This document shows, one piece after another, positions 38,043-48,499 of a stretch of 64,000 nt of DNA. The notes under the pieces were generated by a model. The model worked only from the letters and a program-made list of their open reading frames with translations. It had not been told where the DNA came from and did no database searches. The translations under genes were made by a program, and so were the position numbers. Position 1 is the stretch's first letter; each line of letters opens with the position of its first letter. This DNA is from Planctomycetota bacterium (GTDB lineage: Bacteria; Planctomycetota; MHYJ01; JACQXL01), in NCBI GenBank assembly GCA_016235865.1, contig JACRIK010000018.1, positions 66,891 through 130,890 on the forward strand, given 5' to 3'.

Positions 38043-39506
38043 ATGAAGAACACCAGATGGATAGCAGCGGTTGTCGCAATCATAATGGTAAGCAGTTTAG
38101 CGGTCAATGCCGAGGAATGGTCGATATACGGGCCGCGGGCCGAGGGCATGGGCGGGGCCGGGGTAGCCACGGCGGACGGCGCCACGGCGCATTACTGGAA
38201 TCCGGGCGCCACCACCAAGAATGAGAAATCCGGCCTTTATATTACCGGCGGATTGGTAACCTCAGCCGAAGGCGATGTTGTTGCCTCTTTGGATAAGGTT
38301 GCCCAAAAGGGCGCCGGGATTGACTGGAACACGGTGATGGGCAAGGTCAACGGCGGAACACCGCTTACCGTGACCGAGGCGCAGCAGGTTATCGGATTCT
38401 TTTCCACTGCGGCAACTGAATTAAACCAGCCCGGCCAGGGTTTCCTGGTTAATGGCAGCGGTGGATTATCGTTCGCCGTGGGGAGTTGGACCGTCTTCGG
38501 AAATGGATTTATGAATATGAACCTGGACCCGGTGGGCGATGACCAGAACCTGGCTGTCAACTCCGGTCCATCTGCCATTACCAATACGGTCGGTAGCGTT
38601 TCTTTAGGTTCTCCGGCCAATAGCACACTGGCATCCAATATTGCTTCACAGTCCTGGTGGATAGCCGGCGCGGGCGATGCAGCGCTCCAGGCAGATAACT
38701 TTGTTTATCTGGCTGAGCAGGGCGGCGCCGATACCTCAGACCCGGAAGTTCAGCAGACCATAATGATTATGGCCCAGAACCTGGCCGGCGGCACAGCCAC
38801 TGTCCAGAATAACGAGACCGGCGTCATTATCAACGGACTTATCGTCAGCGAATTCGGCGCTTCGCATAGCTGGGATTTTGTGGATGTTATCGGTCAGACG
38901 TTGTCCGTGGGGGTTAATCTTAAATTGATGCAGGGCCAGACCTACTATCAGGAAATCAAATACAGCGACTTGGAAGGCACCGATAAGCTAATGAATAATG
39001 TTAATAGCAAGGAAAACACCAAGTCGTCAACCGCCTTTGGTATTGATGCGGGCGCCTTGGTATCGTTTTCAGACGTTCTCAAGGGCGGTCTGGTTATCAG
39101 GAATCTCAACAGTCCTAAATTTTCCTATGCCGGTAGAGGCGATGCGGTATTGGACCCGCAGATAAGGGCGGGTGTGGCCATGAATCTGGGGATGATTACC
39201 CTGGCGGCTGATTACGATGTGACCAAGAACAAATCCAGTTTATTAAAGGGTTATGAGTCGCAGATGTTCGGGTTAGGCGCGGAGGTGAGTTTAATCGGGA
39301 CCCTGAAACTGCGCATGGGCACATACCAGAATATGGCATCGGTGGCTCCCTCAGCGGTAATGACCTATGGCCTGGGGTTCCATCTGCTGTTCCTTGACCT
39401 GGACCTGGCCGGAGCGATGGCCAGTAAAAATGTGAAGGTTGAGGATTCCGGCAGTGAAATACCTGCCAGTTTTGGCGGTTCAGCGGCAATAGCGTTGAGG
39501 TTCTAA
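38043..39506 (+). CDS. TraF-like outer-membrane beta-barrel protein
   Basis: Signal peptide, GPRAEGMGGAGVA, YWNP, FGIDAG, NLNSPKF, PQIRAG, terminal Phe. Confidence 0.75.
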   Translation: MKNTRWIAAVVAIIMVSSLAVNAEEWSIYGPRAEGMGGAGVATADGATAHYWNPGATTKNEKSGLYITGGLVTSAEGDVVASLDKVAQKGAGIDWNTVMGKVNGGTPLTVTEAQQVIGFFSTAATELNQPGQGFLVNGSGGLSFAVGSWTVFGNGFMNMNLDPVGDDQNLAVNSGPSAITNTVGSVSLGSPANSTLASNIASQSWWIAGAGDAALQADNFVYLAEQGGADTSDPEVQQTIMIMAQNLAGGTATVQNNETGVIINGLIVSEFGASHSWDFVDVIGQTLSVGVNLKLMQGQTYYQEIKYSDLEGTDKLMNNVNSKENTKSSTAFGIDAGALVSFSDVLKGGLVIRNLNSPKFSYAGRGDAVLDPQIRAGVAMNLGMITLAADYDVTKNKSSLLKGYESQMFGLGAEVSLIGTLKLRMGTYQNMASVAPSAVMTYGLGFHLLFLDLDLAGAMASKNVKVEDSGSEIPASFGGSAAIALRF

Positions 39507-39519
39507 ATAAATATTATTA

Positions 39520-39560
39520 AACAACCCCGTACCTACCTAAAGGATGGGTGCGGGGTTGTT
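39520..39560 (+). terminator. Probable intrinsic terminator
   Basis: AACAACCCCGTACCTA...TGGGTGCGGGGTTGTT. Confidence 0.55.
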
Positions 39561-39566
39561 CTATTT

Positions 39567-39782
39567 ATGCGCAGTATTATCATATTTCTGGTTCGGGCTT
39601 ACCAATACGGTATCTCGCCTTTGCATCCGCCGGTCTGCCGTTTCCAGCCGACCTGTTCGGAGTATTTCATCCAGGCCGTGGACAAGAAGGGGATATTGCT
39701 GGGCGTATTTTATGGCTTGCGGCGCCTGTTAAGATGCCATCCTTTAGGCGGCCATGGCTATGACCCGGTGGACCCCAGTTAG
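39567..39782 (+). CDS. yidD: Membrane protein insertion efficiency factor
   Basis: [26 protein letters not shown]. Confidence 0.93.
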   Translation: MRSIIIFLVRAYQYGISPLHPPVCRFQPTCSEYFIQAVDKKGILLGVFYGLRRLLRCHPLGGHGYDPVDPS

Positions 39783-39895
39783 AGATAGGTCGTCCCAAAG
39801 GGACGATCGTGTTAATGGCGCACAAGATATAAATCTTACAAAACATCCGAATAAAGGTGTTTTATTAAATGTCAAGTTCAGTATCTCTAACGGGG
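39773..39895. mobile_element. MITE-like element, same family as 8530-8650, TGGA direct repeats
   Basis: TGGA|CCCCAGTTAGAGATAGGTC...ATCTCTAACGGGG|TGGA. Confidence 0.72.
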
Positions 39896-39924
39896 TGGAG
39901 TAAATATGGTTTTGGCCGGATGAC

Positions 39925-39994
39925 CCCGACAAAAACTGTCGGGATAAGAACCAGTAAGTCCCCCGAAGGCTTTCGGGGTCCTAACTGGTTCTAA
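39925..39994 (+). repeat. CCCGA hairpin plus TAA-N6 element (arms GAACCA/TGGTTC)
   Basis: Abuts nrdR stop; central CCCCGAA..TTCGGGG hairpin like that at 53768. Confidence 0.72.
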
Positions 39995-39997
39995 TGG

Positions 39998-40447
39998 TTA
40001 TTTGTGGATGTTCTGAAGTTCCTTCATGAACTGCCGGGCATCCTTGAATTCCCGATAGACCGAGGCAAATCTGACATAGGCTACGTGGTCCAGCGATTTT
40101 AGTTCCTTCATTATCAGTTCGCCGATTTCCTTGGCCGGCACCTCGCGGTCGAATTTGTCGTAGATGGCCCGTTCAATCCGGCTCAGTACCTCTTTTATTT
40201 TCTCGGTTGAGACCGGCCTTTTTTCGCAGGCCTTCATCAGACCGGATACGATCTTTTCGTGGTTAAAGGGCTGGCGGGTGCCGTCTTTCTTGACGACTCT
40301 TAATGAGGCTTCTTCGCGCTTTTCATAGGTGGTATAACGGCGCTTACAGGCCAGGCATTTCCGCCGGCGCCGAATCACAAAGCCTTCGTCCGAGGAACGT
40401 GAATTGATGACCTGGTCGTTGTCTTTCTTGCAAAATGGGCAACGCAT
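39998..40447 (-). CDS. nrdR: Transcriptional repressor NrdR
   Basis: MRCPFC, RRRRKC..C.RRYTTYE, ATP-cone, VAYVRFASVYREF. Confidence 0.97.
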   Translation of the reverse strand: MRCPFCKKDNDQVINSRSSDEGFVIRRRRKCLACKRRYTTYEKREEASLRVVKKDGTRQPFNHEKIVSGLMKACEKRPVSTEKIKEVLSRIERAIYDKFDREVPAKEIGELIMKELKSLDHVAYVRFASVYREFKDARQFMKELQNIHK

Positions 40448-40590
40448 AACAATTAAGTAAACGGATTAAGCGGATTAAACGGATGTTTTGATTAACACGC
40501 TTTAACCATTTTCACGACTTATAGCAGAAACCCGGATAAATTTCAACTAATTATATTGATAAATTAATAAAATCTGTGTAATCTGTGGCT

Positions 40591-42519
40591 ATGAAAGACG
40601 TCATTTGGACGCCATACGGCGACTACCTGGCCAAGAGCAATATCACCCGCTTTATGCAGAAGTATTCCATCAAGGACTACGATGAACTAGTCAGGCGTTC
40701 CACGTCGGATATTGAATGGTTTTGGGATGCGGCCCTCAAGGACCTTGGGATGGAGTGGTTTAAGCCATACACCAAGGTGTTGGATGACTCCAAGGGATTT
40801 CCCTGGGCCAGGTGGTTCATCAACGGCAAGATGAATATTGTTTACAACTGCATAGATAGGCATATCTCAAATCCCAAAATCGCCTTTGTCTGGGAAGGTG
40901 ATGATGGCGTAATCCGTAATGTTTCTTATGCCGAGTTGAATAAGATGGTCTGCCAGGCAGCCAATGCTTTGAAGTCATTGGGAATCAGGAAGGGCGATAC
41001 AGTGGGCATCTATATGCCGATGATACCGGAGATTGTGGCAACTTTTTTCGGATGCCTCAAAATCGGCGCAGTGGTGATTCCGATATTTTCCGGATTCGGT
41101 TCAACCGCCCTGTCCACCCGTTTGAGCGATGCCAAGGCCAAGGTGATATTCACCGCGGACGGCGGCCTCAGGCGCGGCAAACAGGTTCTGCTCAAGAAAG
41201 AGGTGGATATCGCAGCCAAAGATATACCTTCCCTGAAAAACATCATCGTGGTAAAACGGCTGGGACTCAAAGATACTCCGATGACCAAAGGCCGAGACCG
41301 TTTCTGGGATGAGATAGTCGATAAACAGCCGGCCGAATGCCCGACCGAGGCGCTGGAGGCAGAGGATATTTCCATTATTATATATACTTCAGGCACGACC
41401 GGCAAGCCCAAGGGCACGGTGCATACGCACGCCGGATGCCTGGCCCAGATGGCCAAGGAACTGGGCTATTATTTTGACGTCAAACCGGATGATATCTTTT
41501 TTTGGTTCACGGATATCGGTTGGATGATGGGTCCCTGGGAGATGATTGGGGTGACGTTCTTCGGAGCGACCTTTGTGATTTACGAAGGGGCGCCGGATTT
41601 CCCCAAGCCGGACCGGCTCTGGGATATTATCGAGAGGCATAAGATAAATTCACTGGGCATTTCGCCGACCGCCATCAGGTTGCTGATTACCTACGGCGAC
41701 GAGTGGCTGGCCAAGCATAATCTTTCGTCCCTGCGGATACTCGGTTCAACCGGCGAGCCGTGGGACGGAGAATCGTATATGTGGTTCTTTGAGAAAGTGG
41801 GCGGCAAACGATGTCCGATTATAAATATTTCAGGCGGAACGGAGATAGTGGGCTGCTTATTGTCGCCGATGCCGATAACCGAATTGAAACCATGCACCTT
41901 GCGCGGTCCGGGCCTGGGTATGGACATAGATGTTTTTGACGATATGGGCCAGCCGATTCGGGGCGGTATCGGGCATCTGGTCTGCAAGAAGCCCGCGCCG
42001 TCTATGACCAAGGGATTCCTGAACGACCCGCAGAGGTATCTGGACACCTATTTTTCCAAATGGCCCAATGTTTGGTATCACGGCGACTGGGCCAAGGTGG
42101 ATGAGGACGGATTTTGGTTCCTATTTGGTCGGAGCGATGATACCATAAAGGTAGCCGGCAAGAGGACCGGACCGGCCGAGATAGAGGCGGCGCTGATAGA
42201 ACACAATGCAGTGGCCGAGGCCGCGGCCATCGGCGTACCGCACGACATCAAGGGCGAGACCGTGGTTTGTTTTGTGGTGTTGAATCCGGGCGTAGTGCCT
42301 TCAGAAGCGCTCCGGGAGGAACTTAAGGCGCAAGTTGTAAAGCATCTCGGGAAAACCCTCAAGCCCGAGGCATTGAAATTTATCAGGGCGCTGCCCAAGA
42401 CGCGCTCTGCTAAAATCGTCCGGGGCGTGATTAAACGCAAATACCTGGGCGAACCGCTGGGCGATATCTCCTCTGTGGAAAACCAGGATACCATTGAAGA
42501 GGTCAGCCGGGCTATTTAA
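40591..42519 (+). CDS. Acetyl-CoA synthetase-like AMP-binding enzyme
   Basis: YTSGTTGKPKG, DIGWMMG, STGEPW, HGD, GRSDD, LPKTRSAKI. Confidence 0.88.
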   Translation: MKDVIWTPYGDYLAKSNITRFMQKYSIKDYDELVRRSTSDIEWFWDAALKDLGMEWFKPYTKVLDDSKGFPWARWFINGKMNIVYNCIDRHISNPKIAFVWEGDDGVIRNVSYAELNKMVCQAANALKSLGIRKGDTVGIYMPMIPEIVATFFGCLKIGAVVIPIFSGFGSTALSTRLSDAKAKVIFTADGGLRRGKQVLLKKEVDIAAKDIPSLKNIIVVKRLGLKDTPMTKGRDRFWDEIVDKQPAECPTEALEAEDISIIIYTSGTTGKPKGTVHTHAGCLAQMAKELGYYFDVKPDDIFFWFTDIGWMMGPWEMIGVTFFGATFVIYEGAPDFPKPDRLWDIIERHKINSLGISPTAIRLLITYGDEWLAKHNLSSLRILGSTGEPWDGESYMWFFEKVGGKRCPIINISGGTEIVGCLLSPMPITELKPCTLRGPGLGMDIDVFDDMGQPIRGGIGHLVCKKPAPSMTKGFLNDPQRYLDTYFSKWPNVWYHGDWAKVDEDGFWFLFGRSDDTIKVAGKRTGPAEIEAALIEHNAVAEAAAIGVPHDIKGETVVCFVVLNPGVVPSEALREELKAQVVKHLGKTLKPEALKFIRALPKTRSAKIVRGVIKRKYLGEPLGDISSVENQDTIEEVSRAI

Positions 42520-42524
42520 TAATT

Positions 42525-43142
42525 ATGGAACCTGACAGTAATGGCAGTATTCTCAGCAGCAGTGTGTTGGTCTTAAACAAATTCTACACGGCCTTGCGGG
42601 TGATTTCCGCCCGGCGCGCCTTTGTCTTCCTGGCCAAGGATTTTGCCGAGGTCATCCATAAGAACAACGGCCGGTTTGAGAATTACCGGTTTGACCACTG
42701 GATTGAGGAATCCCGCACCAACGGCCGGGAATTTACGGATTATATCCATACGCCGAGCGTGCAGATAATGGTGCCGCGGGTGATACGGCTCCTGGAATAC
42801 GGGAAACTGCCGCGGCGGGTGCTTAAGTTCAACCGCAAGAATATCATGATGCGCGATAATTACCAGTGTCAGTATTGCGGCAAAAAGCAGGCCTTAAACT
42901 CAATGACCATTGACCATGTTGTACCCCGTTCCAGAGGCGGAACGACCGAATGGACCAATGCGGTGACCTGTTGCAGTAAATGCAATACCAAGAAGGGCGG
43001 ACGTCTGCCCCAAGAGGCTGGGATGAAATTGATTGCCAAGCCGCAGGCGCCTAAATTCAACCAGAGTATTTTCAGGCTGTTCAATGACCGGCGATACGAG
43101 CTCTGGAAGGAATTTATTAAGGATTTGTCAGAAATTGGGTAG
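42525..43142 (+). CDS. HNH endonuclease
   Basis: RDNYQCQYCG, TIDHVVPRSRGG, WTNAVTCCSKCN..KG. Confidence 0.9.
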   Translation: MEPDSNGSILSSSVLVLNKFYTALRVISARRAFVFLAKDFAEVIHKNNGRFENYRFDHWIEESRTNGREFTDYIHTPSVQIMVPRVIRLLEYGKLPRRVLKFNRKNIMMRDNYQCQYCGKKQALNSMTIDHVVPRSRGGTTEWTNAVTCCSKCNTKKGGRLPQEAGMKLIAKPQAPKFNQSIFRLFNDRRYELWKEFIKDLSEIG

Positions 43143-43187
43143 CCCGGGTTGGGGGAACATCTGGTCGGGCTATACGAAAGGTAAAAT

Positions 43188-45140
43188 ATGAAAAATATAT
43201 TAGTTTATTCTTTGGCGCTGTTGATTGTTTTGGCGGCGGCACTGCGGGGCGGGGCGGAAAATAAAGACGGGCGGGCAGCCGAGTTAATCAAGCGCCTGGA
43301 TTCCGAAAAGGAATCATTACGGAGTTCCGCGGCCTATGCCCTGGGCGAGATGGGCGCCAAAGAGGCCATTCTGGAATTAAAACGGCTCCTGATAGACAAG
43401 GAATGGACCGTGCGCCAAGCCGCGGTTGATGCCTTGAGAAAACTTGAAGCAAATGACCTGGCCGCCGATATAATGCGGCTGTTAAAAGATAAAAGCAGCG
43501 ATGTGCGCGAGTCAGCGGTGGTGGCGATGGGCGAATTCCGCGCCCGAGAGTCGGTGCCCGCGCTGGTAAAAATCATCAACGATGACGATGATGACATGGT
43601 GCGCACAGCGGCCATTTATGCGCTGGGTAAAATGGGCGATAAGGGTGCTATCTCTGATTTGACAGCGCTGGTGAAGAAGAATAACTGGGGTATCCGAGTT
43701 TCGGCGGTTTTGGCGCTGGCCGAACTTGATGCGAAGGAATCAATTCCTGATTTGGTAAAAATGCTCAGCGATACGGACAAGGCAATTTGCAGTTATGCGG
43801 CGTGTACTCTGGGTTTGCTTGGAGCCAGGGATGAAATGTTGCGTATTAAAGAGGCTGCCAAGGATAAGGATAAGTCCCTGGCGCAGTCAGCGGCTTATGC
43901 CTTGATGGAACTCGGCGACAAAGAGTCGATTTCTCTGATGATAAAAGAGGATAGCTGGCGGAATTACGAATTAGTTAAAGATGCGATTGAAAGAGTTGAC
44001 CCCAAAGAGTCGATTCCTGAATTAGTAAAATTACTGGGAAGCAAGCAGGAGCTAATCCGCGGCTATGCGGCTCTTTTCCTAGGAGAGCTGGGCGCCAAAG
44101 AAACAATACCGGAACTGACTAAATTGCTTAAGGATAACGAAAAATATCCGCGTTCGACCGCGGCTATTGCGCTAGCAAAATTAGGACACCGTGAAGTCAT
44201 TCCGGAACTGGTCAAATTACTCAAACACAAAGACAGGGATCTGAATGTTTCGGCGGCCGTAGCGCTTGGAGAGCTTGACGCCAAGGAGGCCATACCTGAC
44301 TTAAAGAAGATGCTGAAAGATAATGATGCCTATGTCCGCGGCTGGGTTATTTACCTGCTCGGACGGCTGTGCGGCAGCGAAATGGTTCCGGATCTCAAAA
44401 AATGGCTGAATAAAGAAACCGGCTATGTCCGCGGCGTAGTTGTTTCCACTCTGGCTGAGCTTGATGTGAAAGAATCGGCGCCTGATATAATTAAATTATT
44501 AAACGACAAGGATCCCGGGGTTTCCCAGAGAGCTGTTTATGCATTGGGCAAATTAGGAGCTAAAGAATCGATTCCTGAATTGATGAAACAATTCAGTGTG
44601 GTTACGATGACCCAGGCGGTTATTATTACCCTGGGGGATTTTGGTGTTAAGGAGATAATTCCGGATTTAAAGAGGATGTTGAAAGAAGGCGATGATAACG
44701 AACTGCGCCAGGCCGCGTCATATGCGCTCGGTGAAATGGGGGTAAAAGAGGTTACTCCTGAATTGATGAGATTACTCAAGGACGATAAGTGGTTGGTGCG
44801 CCGGCTGGTTATAAATTCACTGGGCGGGGCCGGTAACCGTATGCCTTTTGAAGAATCGGTCAGGGCGGTCAGAACGCAGGTTTATGAAGTCCGTAAATCC
44901 GCGGCATATGCCCTGGCAAGATTGGGCGACAAGGAGGCCGTGCCGGAATTAATGAAACTTCTTAGATGTGGCAATAAAGAAACCCGCGGCTGGGCGGCGA
45001 TTGCCTTAATTGAGTTGGGCGAGAAGGACAAGGTGCCAATGGATGTAATCAAGGATATAAAGGCCCTTAGTGGTATGACCAATGCTGACATGAAACGGGC
45101 CATAAAAGCCCTGAAAGAATTAAGTGTAGCCAAGGATTAA
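43188..45140 (+). CDS. Secreted HEAT-repeat protein
   Basis: Signal peptide; many ~31-aa AAxALGELGAKExIPELxKLLxD repeats. Confidence 0.88.
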   Translation: MKNILVYSLALLIVLAAALRGGAENKDGRAAELIKRLDSEKESLRSSAAYALGEMGAKEAILELKRLLIDKEWTVRQAAVDALRKLEANDLAADIMRLLKDKSSDVRESAVVAMGEFRARESVPALVKIINDDDDDMVRTAAIYALGKMGDKGAISDLTALVKKNNWGIRVSAVLALAELDAKESIPDLVKMLSDTDKAICSYAACTLGLLGARDEMLRIKEAAKDKDKSLAQSAAYALMELGDKESISLMIKEDSWRNYELVKDAIERVDPKESIPELVKLLGSKQELIRGYAALFLGELGAKETIPELTKLLKDNEKYPRSTAAIALAKLGHREVIPELVKLLKHKDRDLNVSAAVALGELDAKEAIPDLKKMLKDNDAYVRGWVIYLLGRLCGSEMVPDLKKWLNKETGYVRGVVVSTLAELDVKESAPDIIKLLNDKDPGVSQRAVYALGKLGAKESIPELMKQFSVVTMTQAVIITLGDFGVKEIIPDLKRMLKEGDDNELRQAASYALGEMGVKEVTPELMRLLKDDKWLVRRLVINSLGGAGNRMPFEESVRAVRTQVYEVRKSAAYALARLGDKEAVPELMKLLRCGNKETRGWAAIALIELGEKDKVPMDVIKDIKALSGMTNADMKRAIKALKELSVAKD

Positions 45141-45225
45141 TAACGGATAAAGAAAATTATGAATAAGATGGACTTAACAAGAGATGTTTGTATTGAATGA
45201 TCATACAGAAGGGGTGCGATAATTT

Positions 45226-48200
45226 ATGGGATTAAGGGGAGATTTATCCACGCTGGCATTAACCGAGGTTTTTCAGTTAATTACTTCTTCAGGCAAGGAA
45301 GGTACTTTGGTTGTCTATGACGAGAAAAGCCGTAAGGAGATATATTTTGCCAAGGACGGTATCAGGCTGTTATCAACCGGCGAACGAAAGGGGATGCCCT
45401 TAGGCGAGTTACTGGTTAAAAAAAAGATTATCACGCCAACCCAGCTTTCCCAGGCATTGACCACCCAGAAAACAACCGAGATTAAACTCGGCGAGGTGCT
45501 TTGCCATCTTGGTTATATCAAGCAGGACGAGCTTGAAAGGATTGTGCATGGTCAGATTGAAAATGAAATCTATGATATTTTCAGATGGTCGAGTGCTAAG
45601 TTTGAGTTTATCGAAGGCCCGCCGCCTACAGAGCCGCTGATGTCCGACCAAAATCCTGTTTCCATCCTGACACTGGATGTTAATTCCCTGATTGCTAAAA
45701 TCAACAAGCGTAATCAGGATTGGGAAAACGTAAAGGATTTATTTAACAATCCGAACTCCATATTTAAATTAACAGAGGATTATGAAGACAAACTGGCGGA
45801 GATTCACCTGACCGAGGATGAGAGGTTGGTTTTCCGCGTGGTGAGCGGGTTTAAGACATTACACGACATCGTGGATGAGTCACCACTGGATGCTTTCGAG
45901 ACCTATAAGGCGGTTCACGGTCTCAAAGAGCGCCAGATTATCAAGGAGATCGGTCCCGAAGAAATCAAGAACTATGCCAAGCAGCTTCTTAAAGAGAAGA
46001 AGTTTGAGCAGGCGTTATTTTTCTGCCAGCAAGCGCAGAAGATTAGTCCTTCTGACTGGGTGGTGTTGGAAAATATAGCCGAGATACTGGAGAAGTTGGA
46101 ACGTCCGACAGAAGCCGGACAGAAATATAAGGAATTAGCCAAACTGCTCGCCGATAAGAATGATATGAACCTGGCCGCGGTGGCTTATAAGAAGGCTCTG
46201 GTATACCTGCCGGCAGATGAGGATGTTTACACTCAATTATTTAATTTATGGGTGTTACAAGGCCAGGCATCCGAGGCAGCCGCTGTTGGCAAGGAATTAA
46301 TAAAAATACATGCCAAATCCAAAAAGATGGGTGATATCCTGTCGCTTTCCCAGAAGATAGCCGGATTGACCAAGGCAGATATTGACTTGAGGGCATATAT
46401 GGCGGCGGCTTATTTCCAGATGGGCGAGTATAATAAATCCAAGGAGGAAATTGACCAGGCCATAAAAGAAGTGCCTTCCCAGAAAACAAATTTGCTTATC
46501 AAGGCGTATGAGAAAATTTTGAGCGTTGAACCGCGGCATTCTGATGCCCGCTATCGGTTGGATGCGCTGCGTAAAATACAATTGGAACAGAGCAGAAAGC
46601 GTAAACGATTAATCATTATATCGTCGGTATTTTTAGGGGTTATTCTGGTGGGCGGCATTTTCTCATTGAGAGATTATTTGGCGTATAAGGAATTCTTGCT
46701 GGTTAAAAAGGAGGCGGATGAAGTCAAGGCGAAAGGCGAATATGAATCGGCGCTTATTAGATACCGTTCTTTCCCGCATTCTTTTACCATATATACTAAA
46801 TCAGCGGTACAGAAGGAGATCAACGAGATATTGCTTCTGACACGCAATAAAGAAGATAAAATTACAGCTACTATAGATGCGGGATTGATTCATCTTAGGG
46901 AGCTTTATCAGGGCGGCCAGGCAGTGAAGGACAAGAACAATAATTTTGACGAGGCTCTAAAGATCATGAAGGATGTGGAATCCCAGACGATTGAAGTCAT
47001 GAAAGGCATTAGTAAGAAAGTTTCCTCAATGGGTGGCAGTTCGGATATTGCAGAAAAACAGATTAAAAACTATGAGGAATTCCTGGAAGCAGTCAAAAGA
47101 AATATTAACGATACTGAAAAATATCTTAAGCAGGCGAACGATTTATACGCCACAATTCAAGAATTGGATAAGACGGGCCGGTTGGATGAGGCTGCCAAAG
47201 CCATCAGGCAGTTGCTTAATAGTTATCCCGGTTCCGGTATTGCCAAATCCGCCCGGGTTCCGGTAAAAATAGAATCCACTCCCTCTGATGCTGAAGTGGC
47301 TCTTAACGGCGCCCGGCAGGGCAGAACTCCCTTAAAGATTTACCTGCCGGTCAAGGAGGCGGTTACGATAACGGTATTCAAAAGGGGGTTTGGTAGATAT
47401 TCCAAAGAAGTTAAATCATATGAGCAATCTTATATGATGATAGCGTTGGAGAAAGCGGCTAAATGGGCTGTGGATACAGGCGCACAACTGGAGACGAGCC
47501 CACTTTTAGTCGGCGACACGATTTTCATAACCACCAGAGACGGACACCTCAAGGCGATTGATGAAGAAACCGGTAAGATAAAATGGTCTTTTAGGACGGA
47601 TAATCCCACCGAGATATACTCGTCACCTATGATAAATAACAGCCAAATTATATTCGGCGCCAACGATAATAGCTTCTATGCGGTGCGCTCAAATGCCGCT
47701 GTTAAGATTTACCAGGTGAAAACAAACGGCCCCATCAGGGCTTCCGCTTTCTTTTCTCCCGATGGCAATGTGACCCTTATCGGTAGCGCGGATAAAAACC
47801 TTTACGCGATTGGCGGAAACGGCGCGGTTATTTGGAAATATAATGCCAATGCCAAAATAGTAAATGCCGGGATTGTGGATAAGCAGATTGTTTACATCAC
47901 TTCTGAAGATGGCATGCTTCACGCTATAAATCTGGTTAACGGCGAGAAACTCTGGAATTTATCACTGGGCGGAAAGCTGACTTCGCCGGTCATTAATGAG
48001 AATATGCTTTATGTCGGCGGGACTAATAATGCTGTTTATGCCGTTAACCTCTTGACCCGTAAGGTTCACTGGTCTTACCGTATGAAGCAGGAAGTAGTTG
48101 CATCATTGAATATAAACGGTAATATTCTTTTTGTTCCCTGCTGTGATGGCACGCTATATGCTCTTGACACAATCTTCCAGAAGCCGGTCTGGCAGTTTGA

Positions 48201-48420
48201 GACCAAGGCATCTTTAATCGGTGGTGTGGCAATATCCCGGAAGGATGGGATGATGTATTTTGGGAGCGAGGATTCTTATCTTTATGCGATAACGCTTAAC
48301 GAGGGCCGAGAAGTGTGGAAATACAAAACAAAGAGCAAGGTTCGTTCCACTCCGGCTATTGGCGATAGTATAATTTATGTGGCCAATGACAACGGTTACC
48401 TGTCTGCGGTGGAAAAATAG
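45226..48420 (+). CDS. DUF4388-TPR-TM-PEGA-PQQ-like beta-propeller protein
   Basis: MGLRGDLSTLALTEVFQLI, LGELL, TPR helices, TM, IESTPSDAEV..G.TP, repeated G...WxF propeller blades. Confidence 0.8.
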   Translation: MGLRGDLSTLALTEVFQLITSSGKEGTLVVYDEKSRKEIYFAKDGIRLLSTGERKGMPLGELLVKKKIITPTQLSQALTTQKTTEIKLGEVLCHLGYIKQDELERIVHGQIENEIYDIFRWSSAKFEFIEGPPPTEPLMSDQNPVSILTLDVNSLIAKINKRNQDWENVKDLFNNPNSIFKLTEDYEDKLAEIHLTEDERLVFRVVSGFKTLHDIVDESPLDAFETYKAVHGLKERQIIKEIGPEEIKNYAKQLLKEKKFEQALFFCQQAQKISPSDWVVLENIAEILEKLERPTEAGQKYKELAKLLADKNDMNLAAVAYKKALVYLPADEDVYTQLFNLWVLQGQASEAAAVGKELIKIHAKSKKMGDILSLSQKIAGLTKADIDLRAYMAAAYFQMGEYNKSKEEIDQAIKEVPSQKTNLLIKAYEKILSVEPRHSDARYRLDALRKIQLEQSRKRKRLIIISSVFLGVILVGGIFSLRDYLAYKEFLLVKKEADEVKAKGEYESALIRYRSFPHSFTIYTKSAVQKEINEILLLTRNKEDKITATIDAGLIHLRELYQGGQAVKDKNNNFDEALKIMKDVESQTIEVMKGISKKVSSMGGSSDIAEKQIKNYEEFLEAVKRNINDTEKYLKQANDLYATIQELDKTGRLDEAAKAIRQLLNSYPGSGIAKSARVPVKIESTPSDAEVALNGARQGRTPLKIYLPVKEAVTITVFKRGFGRYSKEVKSYEQSYMMIALEKAAKWAVDTGAQLETSPLLVGDTIFITTRDGHLKAIDEETGKIKWSFRTDNPTEIYSSPMINNSQIIFGANDNSFYAVRSNAAVKIYQVKTNGPIRASAFFSPDGNVTLIGSADKNLYAIGGNGAVIWKYNANAKIVNAGIVDKQIVYITSEDGMLHAINLVNGEKLWNLSLGGKLTSPVINENMLYVGGTNNAVYAVNLLTRKVHWSYRMKQEVVASLNINGNILFVPCCDGTLYALDTIFQKPVWQFETKASLIGGVAISRKDGMMYFGSEDSYLYAITLNEGREVWKYKTKSKVRSTPAIGDSIIYVANDNGYLSAVEK

Positions 48421-48437
48421 ATAAATATTCATTATTC

Positions 48438-48466
48438 TTGACTCTTAATACGGCTGAAATTATAAA
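48438..48466 (+). promoter_or_regulatory. Possible sigma70 promoter
   Basis: TTGACT-17-TATAAA. Confidence 0.45.
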
Positions 48467-48499
48467 GGTATAAATAACCGTTTAACGAAAGGAGAAAAT

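Noticed and set aside
38043..39506. Conjugative element
   Set aside because: No relaxase, coupling protein or other tra genes
42525..43142. HNH gene as mobile or defence system
   Set aside because: Stand-alone common type, 5 bp after an acyl-CoA synthetase, no methylase or mobility signs
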